Source of the DNA: Bacteroidales bacterium
Lineage (GTDB): Bacteria; Bacteroidota; Bacteroidia; Bacteroidales; UBA7960
Length of the DNA: 64,000 nt
Reading direction: 5' to 3'
Assembly: GCA_031323845.1 (NCBI GenBank)
Contig: JAVIYP010000001.1
Location: 26,748 to 90,747, forward strand
Below are positions 38,522 through 49,175 of the stretch, piece after piece. Under the pieces are notes generated by a model. The model searched no databases. It was not told where the DNA came from and was given only the letters and a program-made list of their open reading frames with translations. Position numbers and translations under genes: made by a program. The first letter of the stretch is position 1, and each line of letters starts with the position of its first letter.

Positions 38522-40237
38522 TCATACCCTCCGAAATTCAATAATTTCGCCCGAATATGGAGGCAGATGGATGTCAACCCCAATATTGACCAGGTCCCGT
38601 TGCAGCACTGCCTTTTCAACATTGTCCGTCAGCAGCGGTTTAAGCAACCATGAGGCTTCCGGGTTATTCTGACCGGTAAGTTGCCAGTAATGATCCGGGA
38701 TTCGTAGTTGTCCCTGCAAATGCTGTTTGCCGCTGAAATTTACACAGATAAACCACAGACTTCCGTTCAGCCAGCGCAAATAAGCGTAGAGTGAACTTTG
38801 CTGAAAATCCTGGTTCGCCCACATTACATCGTAAAACTCACCCTTGCTGACCACTTCATGTCTGGCGAGGTTCAGAAGCTTTTTATAGAAAGCGTAACAT
38901 TGCTTTTCGTTTGAAGAAAGCTTCTCTGTATTACAACTTCCCTCGTTGTACCAGCGTTGGAATGCGGGCACATGATCATAGTCGAAAATGCTGGTCCTGC
39001 CGTCATCACCGCTGAAGCCTGCCGCACCTTCTGCCTTTTCGCCGAATTCCTGGCCAAAATAGATCATTGCGGGCCCTCGATGCAGCGTGGCAGCAACTGT
39101 CATAGCGGGGAAGCCTGCCTCTGCAGTGGCCACATGTTTTGAAGCAATGCGTTGCTCATCATGATTCTCAATAAAACGAAGCATCCTCTCGTCAAGCCCG
39201 TTAAGTTTTTGCCATTCCAGTGTAAGGGAAGCAGCGGGTCTGTTTCCGGCAAGTACATCCCTCAGAGCATCATACAGGCCAACCTTATCGTACAGGTAAT
39301 CAAAGCCTGCATCTGTATACTGCCGGTAAAGGCGGGGATCGTAAATCTCGGCAATGAACAGCATTTCGGGGTGATGGTGCTTAATCTTACCTATGGCCCA
39401 TTTCCAGAAGGCTGCAGGTACCATTTCTGCCATATCGCAGCGGAATCCTGCTACTTTTTTCCCTGCCCAGAACTCCAGTATGTGTAACATCTTGTGCCAG
39501 GTATCCGGCACCGGATCGAAGAAGCTTTGATGTCCCCCGGAGAAATCAATGCCGTAATTCAGTTTAACGGTTTCGTACCAGTCGTTGATCGAGGGGTGTG
39601 AGGAAAAGCAGTCGTTGCCGGTGGCTTTGGCCGGAAATTCCTCATAGCTCGTTGCCTTCATGAGCCTGGTGTGAGGCAGGCCGAAAACTTCATGCGGCAG
39701 TTTCAGGTGCTCGCCAGGCAAATAATAGAAGTTGTTTGACGGGTCAAACGTCACACTGGTATTATCGCCTGTGCCAAGGGCATCGTTCATGCCTGCGGGT
39801 TGATCGCTGGCATAATTTCTGGCCACATGATTAGGTATAAAGTCGATAACAGGAGCGAGGCCAGCCTTTCTGCAACGATCCATAAGGGCTTCAAATTCCT
39901 CCATGCGCTTATCAACGCTGGTGGCAAGGTCAGGGCATACGTCATAATAATCCCTGATGGCGTATGGAGACCCTGCCCGTCCCTTCACCACCAGGGGGTT
40001 GTCGGCTTTTATGCTGTGCTGCGGGTAAGCAGTGCAGGATGCATGCTCGATCACCCCTGTCAACCATAGGTGAGTGGCTCCAAGGCACGCTATTTTTTGC
40101 AGTACATTCAGGTCAAGGTCATCAAACTTTCCGCAACCGTTTTCTTCTATGGATCCCCAGAGTTTACGCTTGCTTACCTTGTTACCTGCCAGCCTTACCA
40201 AAAGCTGGTAAATGATGATTTTTTCCGGTTTGCCCAT
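38522..40237 (-). CDS. Alpha-amylase family (GH13) glycoside hydrolase, apparently cytoplasmic
   Basis: 571 aa. GH13 conserved regions are DFIPNHVA (I), GFRCDMAEM (II, nucleophile Asp), FIAEIYD (III, Glu) and FIENHDEQR (IV). No signal peptide is evident. Confidence 0.85.
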   Translation of the reverse strand: MGKPEKIIIYQLLVRLAGNKVSKRKLWGSIEENGCGKFDDLDLNVLQKIACLGATHLWLTGVIEHASCTAYPQHSIKADNPLVVKGRAGSPYAIRDYYDVCPDLATSVDKRMEEFEALMDRCRKAGLAPVIDFIPNHVARNYASDQPAGMNDALGTGDNTSVTFDPSNNFYYLPGEHLKLPHEVFGLPHTRLMKATSYEEFPAKATGNDCFSSHPSINDWYETVKLNYGIDFSGGHQSFFDPVPDTWHKMLHILEFWAGKKVAGFRCDMAEMVPAAFWKWAIGKIKHHHPEMLFIAEIYDPRLYRQYTDAGFDYLYDKVGLYDALRDVLAGNRPAASLTLEWQKLNGLDERMLRFIENHDEQRIASKHVATAEAGFPAMTVAATLHRGPAMIYFGQEFGEKAEGAAGFSGDDGRTSIFDYDHVPAFQRWYNEGSCNTEKLSSNEKQCYAFYKKLLNLARHEVVSKGEFYDVMWANQDFQQSSLYAYLRWLNGSLWFICVNFSGKQHLQGQLRIPDHYWQLTGQNNPEASWLLKPLLTDNVEKAVLQRDLVNIGVDIHLPPYSGEIIEFRRV

Positions 40238-40243
40238 AGAGGT

Positions 40244-41701
40244 TTATTTAAGATTGTCGTTTTCAAGATTATTGTTTTCAAAAAAATCTCCTGTGAAATT
40301 CATCAGGAATACTTTTTCCGTACCCCTGGTGATGGCAGTGTAAAGCCACCGCAGGTATTCGATGTCGGGCTTTTTTGCAGGCAGATAGCCCATTTCAACA
40401 AACACATGCCTCCATTGTCCGCCCTGCGTTTTATGACAGGTCATTGCATAGGCGTATTTTACCTGCAGGGCATTCAGATAAGGATTGTTCCTGATATGGG
40501 CCAGCCTGGTTCTTTTATTTGGAATGTGTTGATAATCGGCTGCCACCGCGTCAAACAAGGAGGCGGCATCTTGCCTGGACAGTGCCGGCCCGTCCGAACT
40601 GAGGGTGTCCAGTAGAAGCTTTACTTCAAGCTCAGGCTCTCCGGGGTAATCAAGCATTCTTGCGTTGACATCAGCAAAGCTGAATCCATAGACCGTCTCA
40701 GTTCGTATAATGCGGTTCAGCTCAATTATATCTCCGTTGGCAATAAACCCGGCTTCTGATTCTTCGGGGAGCCAGAAATAATTGTTCCGGACCACCATGA
40801 GCAGTTCGCCGGCATTGATCTCTTCCTCCATAAACAGCACACGCTCACGTATATGCCTGTTGTAGAGGTAGGCTCTTTTGTTTGAATAGCAAATCATCAG
40901 CGCTTCTTCACGGCCATGGCTAATAAAAGCATCATGTACGGCATCTGCCGCATCCGACCCCTGGATACGCATCAGGTCGTCAAAACCCTGCAGCCGGAAA
41001 GCAGGAAAGCCTTGCTGTTGCTTGCCAAGCATCTCCCTGAGCAGCGTAGCGTTGAAGAGGATGCCGCTGTCTTTAGCATGCCTGACAACATCTTTAAGCT
41101 CAAACTCATGGACGTGCAGCCGGTAACGGTTCTCCAGGAATTGTTTGTTCAGGGCCGGACTTTCTGTGGAGTGAACGGGAGGCAGTTGCGCCGTATCGCC
41201 GATAAACAGCAACCTGCAGTGGTCACTGGTATACACGAAATGGATCAGGTCGTCAAGCAGGCTTACTCCGCCGAACAAACTTCCCTGTGTCTCTGCCTGA
41301 CCATACGGGATCATGGAGGCTTCATCCACAATGAAAAAACAATGCTTATGCCTGTTTTTTTGAAGGCTGATCTTTACACTGCCGTCTGCCCCGGTCAACA
41401 GCCTGTAGATCTTTTTATGAATGGTAAATGCCCGTTGCCCTGCATAGGCTGAAAGCACCTTGGCCGCTCTTCCCGTCGGGGCCAGCAATACGGTCTCAAC
41501 CTTCAATTCGGCAAGCACGTTAACCAGGCTGCTTACTATGCTGGTTTTACCGGTGCCGGCATAACCTTTAAGGACAAATATGGTGTCAGGTGATGGGTCT
41601 GTAACAAATTCCGCAAGCTTGTCTGTAAGGGTTGTCTGATCCCCTGTCGGGTGGTAGGGAAAGATCTTCTTAATGGCATCCGAAATCAAATGTGCATGCA
41701 T
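40244..41701 (-). CDS. SF1B RecD/Pif1-like ATP-dependent DNA helicase
   Basis: 485 aa. Contains Walker A GYAGTGKTS, motif II FFIVDEASM, motif III LLFIGDTAQLPPV and C-terminal YAMTCHKTQGGQW. Confidence 0.8.
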   Translation of the reverse strand: MHAHLISDAIKKIFPYHPTGDQTTLTDKLAEFVTDPSPDTIFVLKGYAGTGKTSIVSSLVNVLAELKVETVLLAPTGRAAKVLSAYAGQRAFTIHKKIYRLLTGADGSVKISLQKNRHKHCFFIVDEASMIPYGQAETQGSLFGGVSLLDDLIHFVYTSDHCRLLFIGDTAQLPPVHSTESPALNKQFLENRYRLHVHEFELKDVVRHAKDSGILFNATLLREMLGKQQQGFPAFRLQGFDDLMRIQGSDAADAVHDAFISHGREEALMICYSNKRAYLYNRHIRERVLFMEEEINAGELLMVVRNNYFWLPEESEAGFIANGDIIELNRIIRTETVYGFSFADVNARMLDYPGEPELEVKLLLDTLSSDGPALSRQDAASLFDAVAADYQHIPNKRTRLAHIRNNPYLNALQVKYAYAMTCHKTQGGQWRHVFVEMGYLPAKKPDIEYLRWLYTAITRGTEKVFLMNFTGDFFENNNLENDNLK

Positions 41702-41706
41702 ACCGA

Positions 41707-44094
41707 TCAGAAAGGATATCCAATACCCAGGTTAAAGTTCCAGGCGCTGAATGAAGGCCACTGTGTCAGCCACCGGTCGCCTGGTTCTCTTGCCGGATCC
41801 CTTAGTGGAAATGCCGCATCCAGACGTACAATAAAAAAGTTGAAATCTGCGCGGAGTCCTATACCCGTTCCAATGGCAATTTCTTTATAGAAACGGTTTC
41901 CTGCAAAATCACCAAGCGGAAATTGGTCGTTCTCCTGGAGAAACCAAACGTTGCCTGCGTCAACGAATAAAGCTCCCCTCCAGTATTTGTAAAGTGGAAA
42001 CCGGTATTCAATGTTAGCCTCCAGCTTTATGTCGCCGTACTTGTCAAAACGTAATTCATCCGCTTCCGGATAACCACCCGGGCCAATATTGTAAATGCTC
42101 CAGGCCCTGATGCTGTTAGCCCCTCCGCCAAAGTAGCTCTTTATGAAAGGCATGACGTCCAAATTTCCGTAAGGGATGGCAATCCCTCCCATGACTCTGA
42201 AAACTAAAGTGTTATTCTCATCAAAAACACGATAAAAACGAAAATCCGCATCTGTTTTTACGTATTGAGCGAAAGGAATATTGAACAGGGTATAGCTGCC
42301 ATTTTCGTTTTGTGTGCCGTTTAATTGACTGGCGGCCAGATATAAAACATTGCCTGAGGTTTCGAAGTTACCGCGGAAATAAACGAAATCCCTTGCCCTG
42401 TCAAGTTGCTGGCTGCTGTAGGTATAATTGTAGCTCAGACCTCCGATAAGATGGTCTCTGTAACGACTTAAAATCAAAGGGTTGGCATCCGGGATCCTGG
42501 ATTGCAGGATAGAGTCGTTGAATATATTGATGGAGCTGACTTCGAGAGGCGTCAGTTGATGGTGGCGGTACTCGTCCTGGCGCCAGTTAAAGCTGTAGCT
42601 TATGTTCAGGATATACCTGGTGTAGTCGGGTCTTTGCCTGTAGTTAATACCGGTAAGAATGGTGGTGTGAGGTCTTGTAAGACGCCCTGTGCCGCCGGTT
42701 AGGAAGGGTGCGATGAGTTTCGGGAAGTCAATGGAAAGATCAGCTCCTATCTCGAGGGTGTTAAAAGGCAGCCGCTGAAAGACTTCATCATCGGAGGATT
42801 CACCGGAAACCTCCAGGGCACCTTTGAGTCGCAGGTTCAGAATTTCAGCCCCCCTGAAGACATTCCTGTTTTGCAAGAGGATGTTGGATGCAATACCAAG
42901 GTTTCCTGCGGTGTTAAGCCCTTCTGCTTCAATGGTGAAGGCATTGGCGGGGGCACGGGTAAGCTCGACCCTTGCATCCAGAAAACCGAGCGTGTCGTTC
43001 GCCGGAATGGTGATTTCCTGTGGTTCATTGAACTGGATGTTTACAAACCGGAAGTTCCGCAGGCCGGCAAGGTAGCTGTGTGTTTTTTCCTGGTTGCTAA
43101 GACTGTAAAAGGCTCCGGGTTCAAGCATGATGTTGTTGGCAATAGCCCGGGGCCTGATACGCATTGGACCATTATGCAAAAACGTATATACCGGAGCGTT
43201 TTCTTCGCTCCGAAGACTGAAAAAGGTTGTATCTGAAAAGTGTTGGGCCGGTTGTAAGCGCGAGTATTCGGGATACACCAGGACCTGGTTTAACTGATAC
43301 CGTCTGTGCCGCCTGGGTTCCTGCTCTCCCTCTGGTTGCGGAGTGCGGGCCTGGGCCGGGTCGTTGATGATGATGTTGATGTCAAGGCGCTGGCTGTTCA
43401 GCATGCTGTCAACTTCAAAAAAAACAAAATCCCTGGAGAAATTAAAAAAACCCTGCTCCTTTAAATGCCTGGAAATTCGCTGCCTCTCCTTTTGAAGAAC
43501 ATCGGTGTCATAGCGTTGTCCTCTGACAATGAGTGAGTTTACTGTGTCTGCAAACACGAAACCTGCCAGATGCGCATCGGCAATGGAATATTCAATATTC
43601 CGTACCCTGTAAGCTTCGTTGGCTTGAATGTAATAATGAACGTTGGCTCTCTTTCCGGAGAAACTTACCTCGTGCCTGACCGTTGAGTTAAAATAACCCT
43701 TGTTCTGCAGGAACAGCTCAAACTGGCGTTGGGTATGTGCGGCAAGGGTAGGATCAAAGATAACCGGTGGCTCGCCAATGGTGTTTTTCATCCAGCGTCT
43801 GATCCTGTTTTCTTCTCTCCTGTCGGCAAATTGATAGACGTTCAGGTTGAAGCGGTAAAAACCGAAAATGCGCCGGTTTGGCTGCTGACGGATATAGGTT
43901 CTCAGATCACTCGCCGACAAGTCATCGTTCTCGATATGTATTCTGTTGCGGTTCAGCAAATACTGACCTTCCGGGATACGGCGGGTCGGCATGCATGAAC
44001 TGAAAGCCAGGCAAAAAAGAAGCAACAGGGCAATATTTACGTATTCTTTCCGCATAGGTTTCAAACGGAGCATATAATGTGCAAAGTTATACAT
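41707..44094 (-). CDS. BamA/TamA-family outer membrane protein (POTRA plus Omp85 barrel)
   Basis: 795 aa with a lipobox-like signal (LLFCLAFSSC; likely start ATG 44055). The N-terminal repeats are POTRA-like. The C-terminal barrel ends ...FNLGIGYPF, an aromatic terminal residue typical of OM beta-barrels. Confidence 0.75.
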   Translation of the reverse strand: MYNFAHYMLRLKPMRKEYVNIALLLLFCLAFSSCMPTRRIPEGQYLLNRNRIHIENDDLSASDLRTYIRQQPNRRIFGFYRFNLNVYQFADRREENRIRRWMKNTIGEPPVIFDPTLAAHTQRQFELFLQNKGYFNSTVRHEVSFSGKRANVHYYIQANEAYRVRNIEYSIADAHLAGFVFADTVNSLIVRGQRYDTDVLQKERQRISRHLKEQGFFNFSRDFVFFEVDSMLNSQRLDINIIINDPAQARTPQPEGEQEPRRHRRYQLNQVLVYPEYSRLQPAQHFSDTTFFSLRSEENAPVYTFLHNGPMRIRPRAIANNIMLEPGAFYSLSNQEKTHSYLAGLRNFRFVNIQFNEPQEITIPANDTLGFLDARVELTRAPANAFTIEAEGLNTAGNLGIASNILLQNRNVFRGAEILNLRLKGALEVSGESSDDEVFQRLPFNTLEIGADLSIDFPKLIAPFLTGGTGRLTRPHTTILTGINYRQRPDYTRYILNISYSFNWRQDEYRHHQLTPLEVSSINIFNDSILQSRIPDANPLILSRYRDHLIGGLSYNYTYSSQQLDRARDFVYFRGNFETSGNVLYLAASQLNGTQNENGSYTLFNIPFAQYVKTDADFRFYRVFDENNTLVFRVMGGIAIPYGNLDVMPFIKSYFGGGANSIRAWSIYNIGPGGYPEADELRFDKYGDIKLEANIEYRFPLYKYWRGALFVDAGNVWFLQENDQFPLGDFAGNRFYKEIAIGTGIGLRADFNFFIVRLDAAFPLRDPAREPGDRWLTQWPSFSAWNFNLGIGYPF

Positions 44095-44362
44095 ATTTTG
44101 TTTTCAGCAGCTTAATGTAAGGTCCGGAATGTGTTGAATTTATGCTGCTTCAAGGTAACGAAATACCGGAATTGTTTCTTGTTCTCCCGGCAGGAAAAAT
44201 AACTGTGTGCTCCCTGCAGGAAATATGCCAGTATTTTAACTCTTCTAAATAATTCACACAGTCAGTACAGGAAGGATAAATTTACATCCTAACATAAAAA
44301 ATCATTTAATATGAAGAAAAATACTTGCAGGAGTTTTTTTGCTGCTTTGTTTGATAAAATGT

Positions 44363-44370
44363 TATATTTG
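44363..44370 (+). promoter_or_regulatory. Bacteroidota-type -7 promoter box (TAnnTTTG)
   Basis: TATATTTG lies 68 nt upstream of the glmM ATG at 44439. Confidence 0.35.
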
Positions 44371-44438
44371 TACGCGATTTTTGTGTTAAAACTCTAATCA
44401 TCACAGCATCATTACGTTAACTAAAATATAAGTACAGC

Positions 44439-45833
44439 ATGGCGTTGATTCAATCTATTTCGGGAATACGGGGCACTATGGGGGGGAAGCCAGGAGACAG
44501 CCTGACACCTGTTGACATTGTTCGCTTTTCCGGGGCTTTTGGCATGTGGTTAAAGGCGCGCTACACGGACACGAAACCTACAGTCGTCATCGGACGCGAT
44601 GCCCGTGTATCCGGTGAGATGGTCAGCAATATAACGGTGTCCACGCTTTTGGCCATGGGTATTGATGTGATTGATGCCGGGCTTTCCACAACTCCGACTG
44701 TTGAGATGGCGGTAAAACACTGTGAAGCGCAAGGGGGTATCGTGATCACGGCAAGTCATAACCCTTTCAACTGGAATGCATTAAAGTTACTGAACGAAAA
44801 GGGTGAGTTTATGACAGGCGAGCAGGGTGTTGAAATGAAGCAATATGCAGATTTTTCTTCGTTCGACTTTGTTGCCACTGAGAAATTTGGCAACTACGTT
44901 ATTAATGATTCCTTGCTGGAAATGCACATTGAAAAGATCCTTGAACTGCCGCTGGTTGATACGGAAGCTATCAGGGCTGCCCGTTTTAAAATAGCCGTTG
45001 ACGGCATCAATTCATCGGGTGGAATCGCTGTTCCCTTGTTGCTGGAGGCTCTGGGCGTTAAGGAAATCATAGAGGTTAACTGTGAGCCAACAGGTTTTTT
45101 TCAGCATAACCCCGAACCCCTGCCTGAGCATTTACAGGTGTTGTCGGACACAGTGGTGCAGTCGGGCGCACACGCAGGCTTTGCCGTGGACCCCGACGTG
45201 GACCGGCTGGCTATTATACAGGAAGACGGCGGTTTCTTTGGTGAAGAATATACCCTGGTGGCTGTTGCCGATTATGTTTTATCGCAAAAACCCGGCAACA
45301 CGGTGAGCAACATGTCGTCATCCCAGGCCCTGGCCGAAATTACATCCAAAAGAAAAGGAAAACATTTTTATGCCGCCGTGGGTGAAGTCAACGTAGTGGC
45401 GGCCATGAAAAAGCATAATGCAGTTATCGGTGGTGAAGGAAATGGTGGTGTTATTTACCCTGAATTGCATTACGGGCGTGACGCACTTCTTGCTATCGCC
45501 TTGTTTCTGACTCAACTTGCCAAAAGCGGGCACAGATGTTCCAAGCTGAAAAAACAATTCCCGCAATATCATATTTCCAAAAATAAGATTGAACTGCCTG
45601 AAGATGTGAGCATCAAAAAGGTGCTTGACCGATTGATCGAAAAGTACAGGAAATTTAACCCCGATGTTTCGGATGGGCTGAAAATCTGGTTTGACAAGGA
45701 CTGGGTGCATTTGCGGCCGTCAAATACCGAACCCGTTATAAGGCTGTATGCTGAAAGTGACGATGATATAAAAGCTGAGAATATTGCTAACAATATCAGG
45801 AATGACATTGGTCAGGTGCTGAAAGATCTGTAA
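44439..45833 (+). CDS. glmM: Phosphoglucosamine mutase
   Basis: 464 aa. Contains SGIRGTMGG, the active-site TASHNP and the Mg site FAVDPDVDR. Confidence 0.9.
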   Translation: MALIQSISGIRGTMGGKPGDSLTPVDIVRFSGAFGMWLKARYTDTKPTVVIGRDARVSGEMVSNITVSTLLAMGIDVIDAGLSTTPTVEMAVKHCEAQGGIVITASHNPFNWNALKLLNEKGEFMTGEQGVEMKQYADFSSFDFVATEKFGNYVINDSLLEMHIEKILELPLVDTEAIRAARFKIAVDGINSSGGIAVPLLLEALGVKEIIEVNCEPTGFFQHNPEPLPEHLQVLSDTVVQSGAHAGFAVDPDVDRLAIIQEDGGFFGEEYTLVAVADYVLSQKPGNTVSNMSSSQALAEITSKRKGKHFYAAVGEVNVVAAMKKHNAVIGGEGNGGVIYPELHYGRDALLAIALFLTQLAKSGHRCSKLKKQFPQYHISKNKIELPEDVSIKKVLDRLIEKYRKFNPDVSDGLKIWFDKDWVHLRPSNTEPVIRLYAESDDDIKAENIANNIRNDIGQVLKDL

Positions 45834-48800
45834 TGAGGTGTAAGGCCTCACTGATGTCATTTATTTTGTTGATATGAAAGGTCAGGCTGGCCTTGTTTTC
45901 CCTGATTAAACATCTCCTGGGGTTTTCACGGGCGTATTGAAGGATGTTGCCGAACGCCTGACTTTCATAATACCGGCTGCTGCTGTCCGGCAGATGTGCG
46001 ATCATTTTTCCGGATTTAAGGATAATCTTCGTCATACCGAGGTTTTTTGCCCTCCACCGCAACCTGATAACCTGCATCAATCCGGTAACTGCATCCGGGA
46101 GAAGCCCAAAGCGATCCTCCAAACTGACCGCAAATTTCCCGAGGCCTTCTTCGTCGGGAATGTTGTCAAGCTCCTTGTAAAGCTGCAGCCTTTCTTCAAT
46201 ATTACTCACGTAGTCGCTCGGTATCATGAGCTCAAGGTCTGTCTCTACCTGGCAATCGGATATCCGGATCAGCGAAAAAGCCTCATCCTTTGGCTCATCT
46301 TCCTTTAAGGAATACAGTTCTTTGTACTCCTTGTTTTTCAGTTCATTAATGGCTTCATCCAGGATTTTGTGGTAGGTCTCAAATCCGAGTTCGGTTATAA
46401 ACCCGCTTTGCTCAGCACCGAGAAGATTGCCGGCGCCCCTGATGTCCAGGTCGCGCAGGGCGATGTGAAAACCGCTTCCCAGTTCAGAGAACTCTTCAAT
46501 CGCTTTTAGCCGTTTCCGCGCTTCGCTCGTGAGTGTCGACATGGGCGGGGATAGCAGGTAGCAAAACGCTTTTTTGTTTGTCCGGCCTACCCGGCCGCGT
46601 AACTGGTGCAGGTCGCTCAGCCCGAAATGATGTGCATTGTTAATAATTATTGTGTTCGCGTTGGGTATGTCAAGCCCGGATTCAATAATGCTGGTGGATA
46701 CCAGCACATCATATTCGCCGTTGATAAAGTCGAGCATGATCTTTTCGAGCTGAGTGCCGGTTAACCTTCCGTGGCCTATGGCGAACCTGACGTCAGGACA
46801 GTTGCGTTGAATGATGGCGGCAACTTCCTCAATGTTGTGTATCCTGTTGTGTACAAAAAAGACCTGGCCACCCCTTTGTATCTCATACATGATCGCCTCC
46901 CTGATCAGCTCTTCATTAAACATGTGTACTTCGGTTATAATGGGATAGCGGTTAGGAGGAGGAGTGTTGATGTAGGACAGATCGCGTGCTCCCATCAGCG
47001 AAAACTGCAAGGTGCGCGGAATGGGAGTGGCGGTCAGGGTGAGCGTGTCAATATTCACCTTGAGCTGACGCAGCTTTTCTTTCATACTCACCCCAAACTT
47101 CTGCTCTTCATCAACGATCAGCAAACCCAGGTCCCTGAATTCAAGTTCTCTGCTTAATATGCTGTGTGTTCCTATTAAAATGTCAACACGCCCTTCTTTA
47201 ACCCCTTGGAGCACAGCCTTCCTTTCCGATGTTTTTCTGAAGCGACTGAGATATTCTACCTTGCAGGGGAAGTCTTTCAATCGCTCCTGAAAGGTGTAAT
47301 AGTGTTGAAGCGCAAGAATGGTTGTCGGAACGAGCACCGCCACCTGCTTTGAGTCTGCAACTGCTTTGAATGCAGCACGCATGGCCACCTCTGTTTTCCC
47401 AAAACCTACATCCCCGCAGATCAGCCTGTCCATCGGTGGTGAAGACTCCATGTCTTTTTTTACATCCTGTGTGGCCTTCTCCTGATCAGGAGTATCTTCG
47501 AAAATAAAGGAAGCTTCAAGCTCATGCTGAAGATAGCTGTCGGGCGAAAAAGAAAAGCCTTCCTGTGCTTTTCTCTTTGCATACAGGGCAATGAGGTCGT
47601 GGGCAATTTCTTTGACCTTTTTCTTGGTTTTTTCTTTTAATCTGTTCCAGGCATTGGAACCCAATCGATGCAGTGCCGGTGTATGACCCTCCTTGCCGGT
47701 GTACCTGGCAATACGGTGCATGCTGTGAATGCTGACATAAAGAATATCATTGTTTTTATAGATGAGCCTGATCGCTTCTTGCAACCGGCCGTTCACTTCA
47801 ATCTTCTCCAGTCCGCTGAAAACACCCACGCCGTGATCAATATGCGTGACATAATCGCCGGGTTTTAACTGGTGCAGCGTCTTGATACCCAGCGCCTGCT
47901 TTCCGGGGAATTTCTCCCTTATGCGAAACCTGTGGTAACGGTCAAAGATCTGGTGGTCGGTATAGCAAGCCAGTTTATGTTCCTGATCTACAAAGCCCTC
48001 ATGAAGGCTCAGCAATATGGAGTCGTATACCAGGCTTCTTTCCTGGTCTTCGGTGTCCAGGCTCTCAACAATGTTTTTGATCCTTTCTGCCTGCTGGCGG
48101 GTATCAAAAAGAATAATGTTCCTGAATCCTTTCTGCGTGTTTCCTTTTAAGTTCTCTGTAAGAAGATCGAATTGTTTGTTGAAACCGGGCTGGGGCTGGC
48201 AGTTCAAGGCAAGCTGATGCCTGCTGTCTTTAGCAAGGAATATCCTGCTGAATTCTACAACGTTGCGTTGCATCAAGGCATCCATAAACTCGTCCTCCCC
48301 GGCCACCTGTAAAGCGCCGAAAGGTTTGCCTTCATTGATTTCTCTTATGATGTCCCGGCACAACGCTGTGTCTTCCAACCACACCAGGCAGGAGGGAGGC
48401 AACAGATCAAAAAGAAAATCCAGCGAAGTATGCTCGTCTGACATTGCGTGAATGTCCGGCAGAACATGTATTTCATCATACAATTCAACAGAGAGCTGAC
48501 TTCCTGAATCGAAACTTCGCAGGCTTTCCACCTTGTTGTTCATTATTTCGATACGAAAAGGAAGGTCGTTTGAGAAAGGAAATACGTCGATGATGCTGCC
48601 CCTGAGCGAATAGTGTCCCGGCTCAGCAACAAAATCCACATGTTCAAATCCATAGTCAACAAAAAGCTCCATGATGAAATCAACGCTGAGCTGCTCGCCT
48701 TTGCGGATCGTAAGCAGGTTTTTTTTCAGTGCACTGACAGGAGCCACTTTCTCGGCAAGTGCTTCGGGATAGGTGACCACCAGTGTATTTCTGTCACCTG

Positions 48801-49167
48801 CGGCCAGTCGGTTAATGACCTCTGACCTGAGCAGGATGCCAGCCTTGTCTTTATGATGACTTCGAAAACGTGTTTTGTAAGACGAAGGAAAGAAAAACGT
48901 GTTGCGGCGCTCGTAGCTCTTGTCTTGCTCGCCGAGAAGCTGTTCGAGGTCGTTAAAAAAGTATGCGGCTGATTCTCTGTCGTTCAGGATAAAAAGAAAG
49001 GATTTGTTTACCTCACGGCTGCATGCTGCAGCGTAGAGGGCCGGGGCCGAGCCTGCCAGTCCGGTCAAGGCAGCCGCTCCCGCACTATTCGACTGCAGAA
49101 TATTTGCCAATGAAGCAAATTGGCTCCCACTGGTAAAAAGCCTTAAAAACTCTTCTCTGTCAAGCAT
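45796..49167 (-). CDS. mfd: Transcription-repair coupling factor
   Basis: 1123 aa. Contains the CarD-like segment (GDYVTHIDHGVG), SF2 helicase motifs GDVGFGKTEVA and LLIVDEEQKFG, and TATPIPRTL. Confidence 0.95.
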   Translation of the reverse strand: MLDREEFLRLFTSGSQFASLANILQSNSAGAAALTGLAGSAPALYAAACSREVNKSFLFILNDRESAAYFFNDLEQLLGEQDKSYERRNTFFFPSSYKTRFRSHHKDKAGILLRSEVINRLAAGDRNTLVVTYPEALAEKVAPVSALKKNLLTIRKGEQLSVDFIMELFVDYGFEHVDFVAEPGHYSLRGSIIDVFPFSNDLPFRIEIMNNKVESLRSFDSGSQLSVELYDEIHVLPDIHAMSDEHTSLDFLFDLLPPSCLVWLEDTALCRDIIREINEGKPFGALQVAGEDEFMDALMQRNVVEFSRIFLAKDSRHQLALNCQPQPGFNKQFDLLTENLKGNTQKGFRNIILFDTRQQAERIKNIVESLDTEDQERSLVYDSILLSLHEGFVDQEHKLACYTDHQIFDRYHRFRIREKFPGKQALGIKTLHQLKPGDYVTHIDHGVGVFSGLEKIEVNGRLQEAIRLIYKNNDILYVSIHSMHRIARYTGKEGHTPALHRLGSNAWNRLKEKTKKKVKEIAHDLIALYAKRKAQEGFSFSPDSYLQHELEASFIFEDTPDQEKATQDVKKDMESSPPMDRLICGDVGFGKTEVAMRAAFKAVADSKQVAVLVPTTILALQHYYTFQERLKDFPCKVEYLSRFRKTSERKAVLQGVKEGRVDILIGTHSILSRELEFRDLGLLIVDEEQKFGVSMKEKLRQLKVNIDTLTLTATPIPRTLQFSLMGARDLSYINTPPPNRYPIITEVHMFNEELIREAIMYEIQRGGQVFFVHNRIHNIEEVAAIIQRNCPDVRFAIGHGRLTGTQLEKIMLDFINGEYDVLVSTSIIESGLDIPNANTIIINNAHHFGLSDLHQLRGRVGRTNKKAFCYLLSPPMSTLTSEARKRLKAIEEFSELGSGFHIALRDLDIRGAGNLLGAEQSGFITELGFETYHKILDEAINELKNKEYKELYSLKEDEPKDEAFSLIRISDCQVETDLELMIPSDYVSNIEERLQLYKELDNIPDEEGLGKFAVSLEDRFGLLPDAVTGLMQVIRLRWRAKNLGMTKIILKSGKMIAHLPDSSSRYYESQAFGNILQYARENPRRCLIRENKASLTFHINKINDISEALHLITDLSAPDQCHS

Positions 49168-49175
49168 GTAATGAA

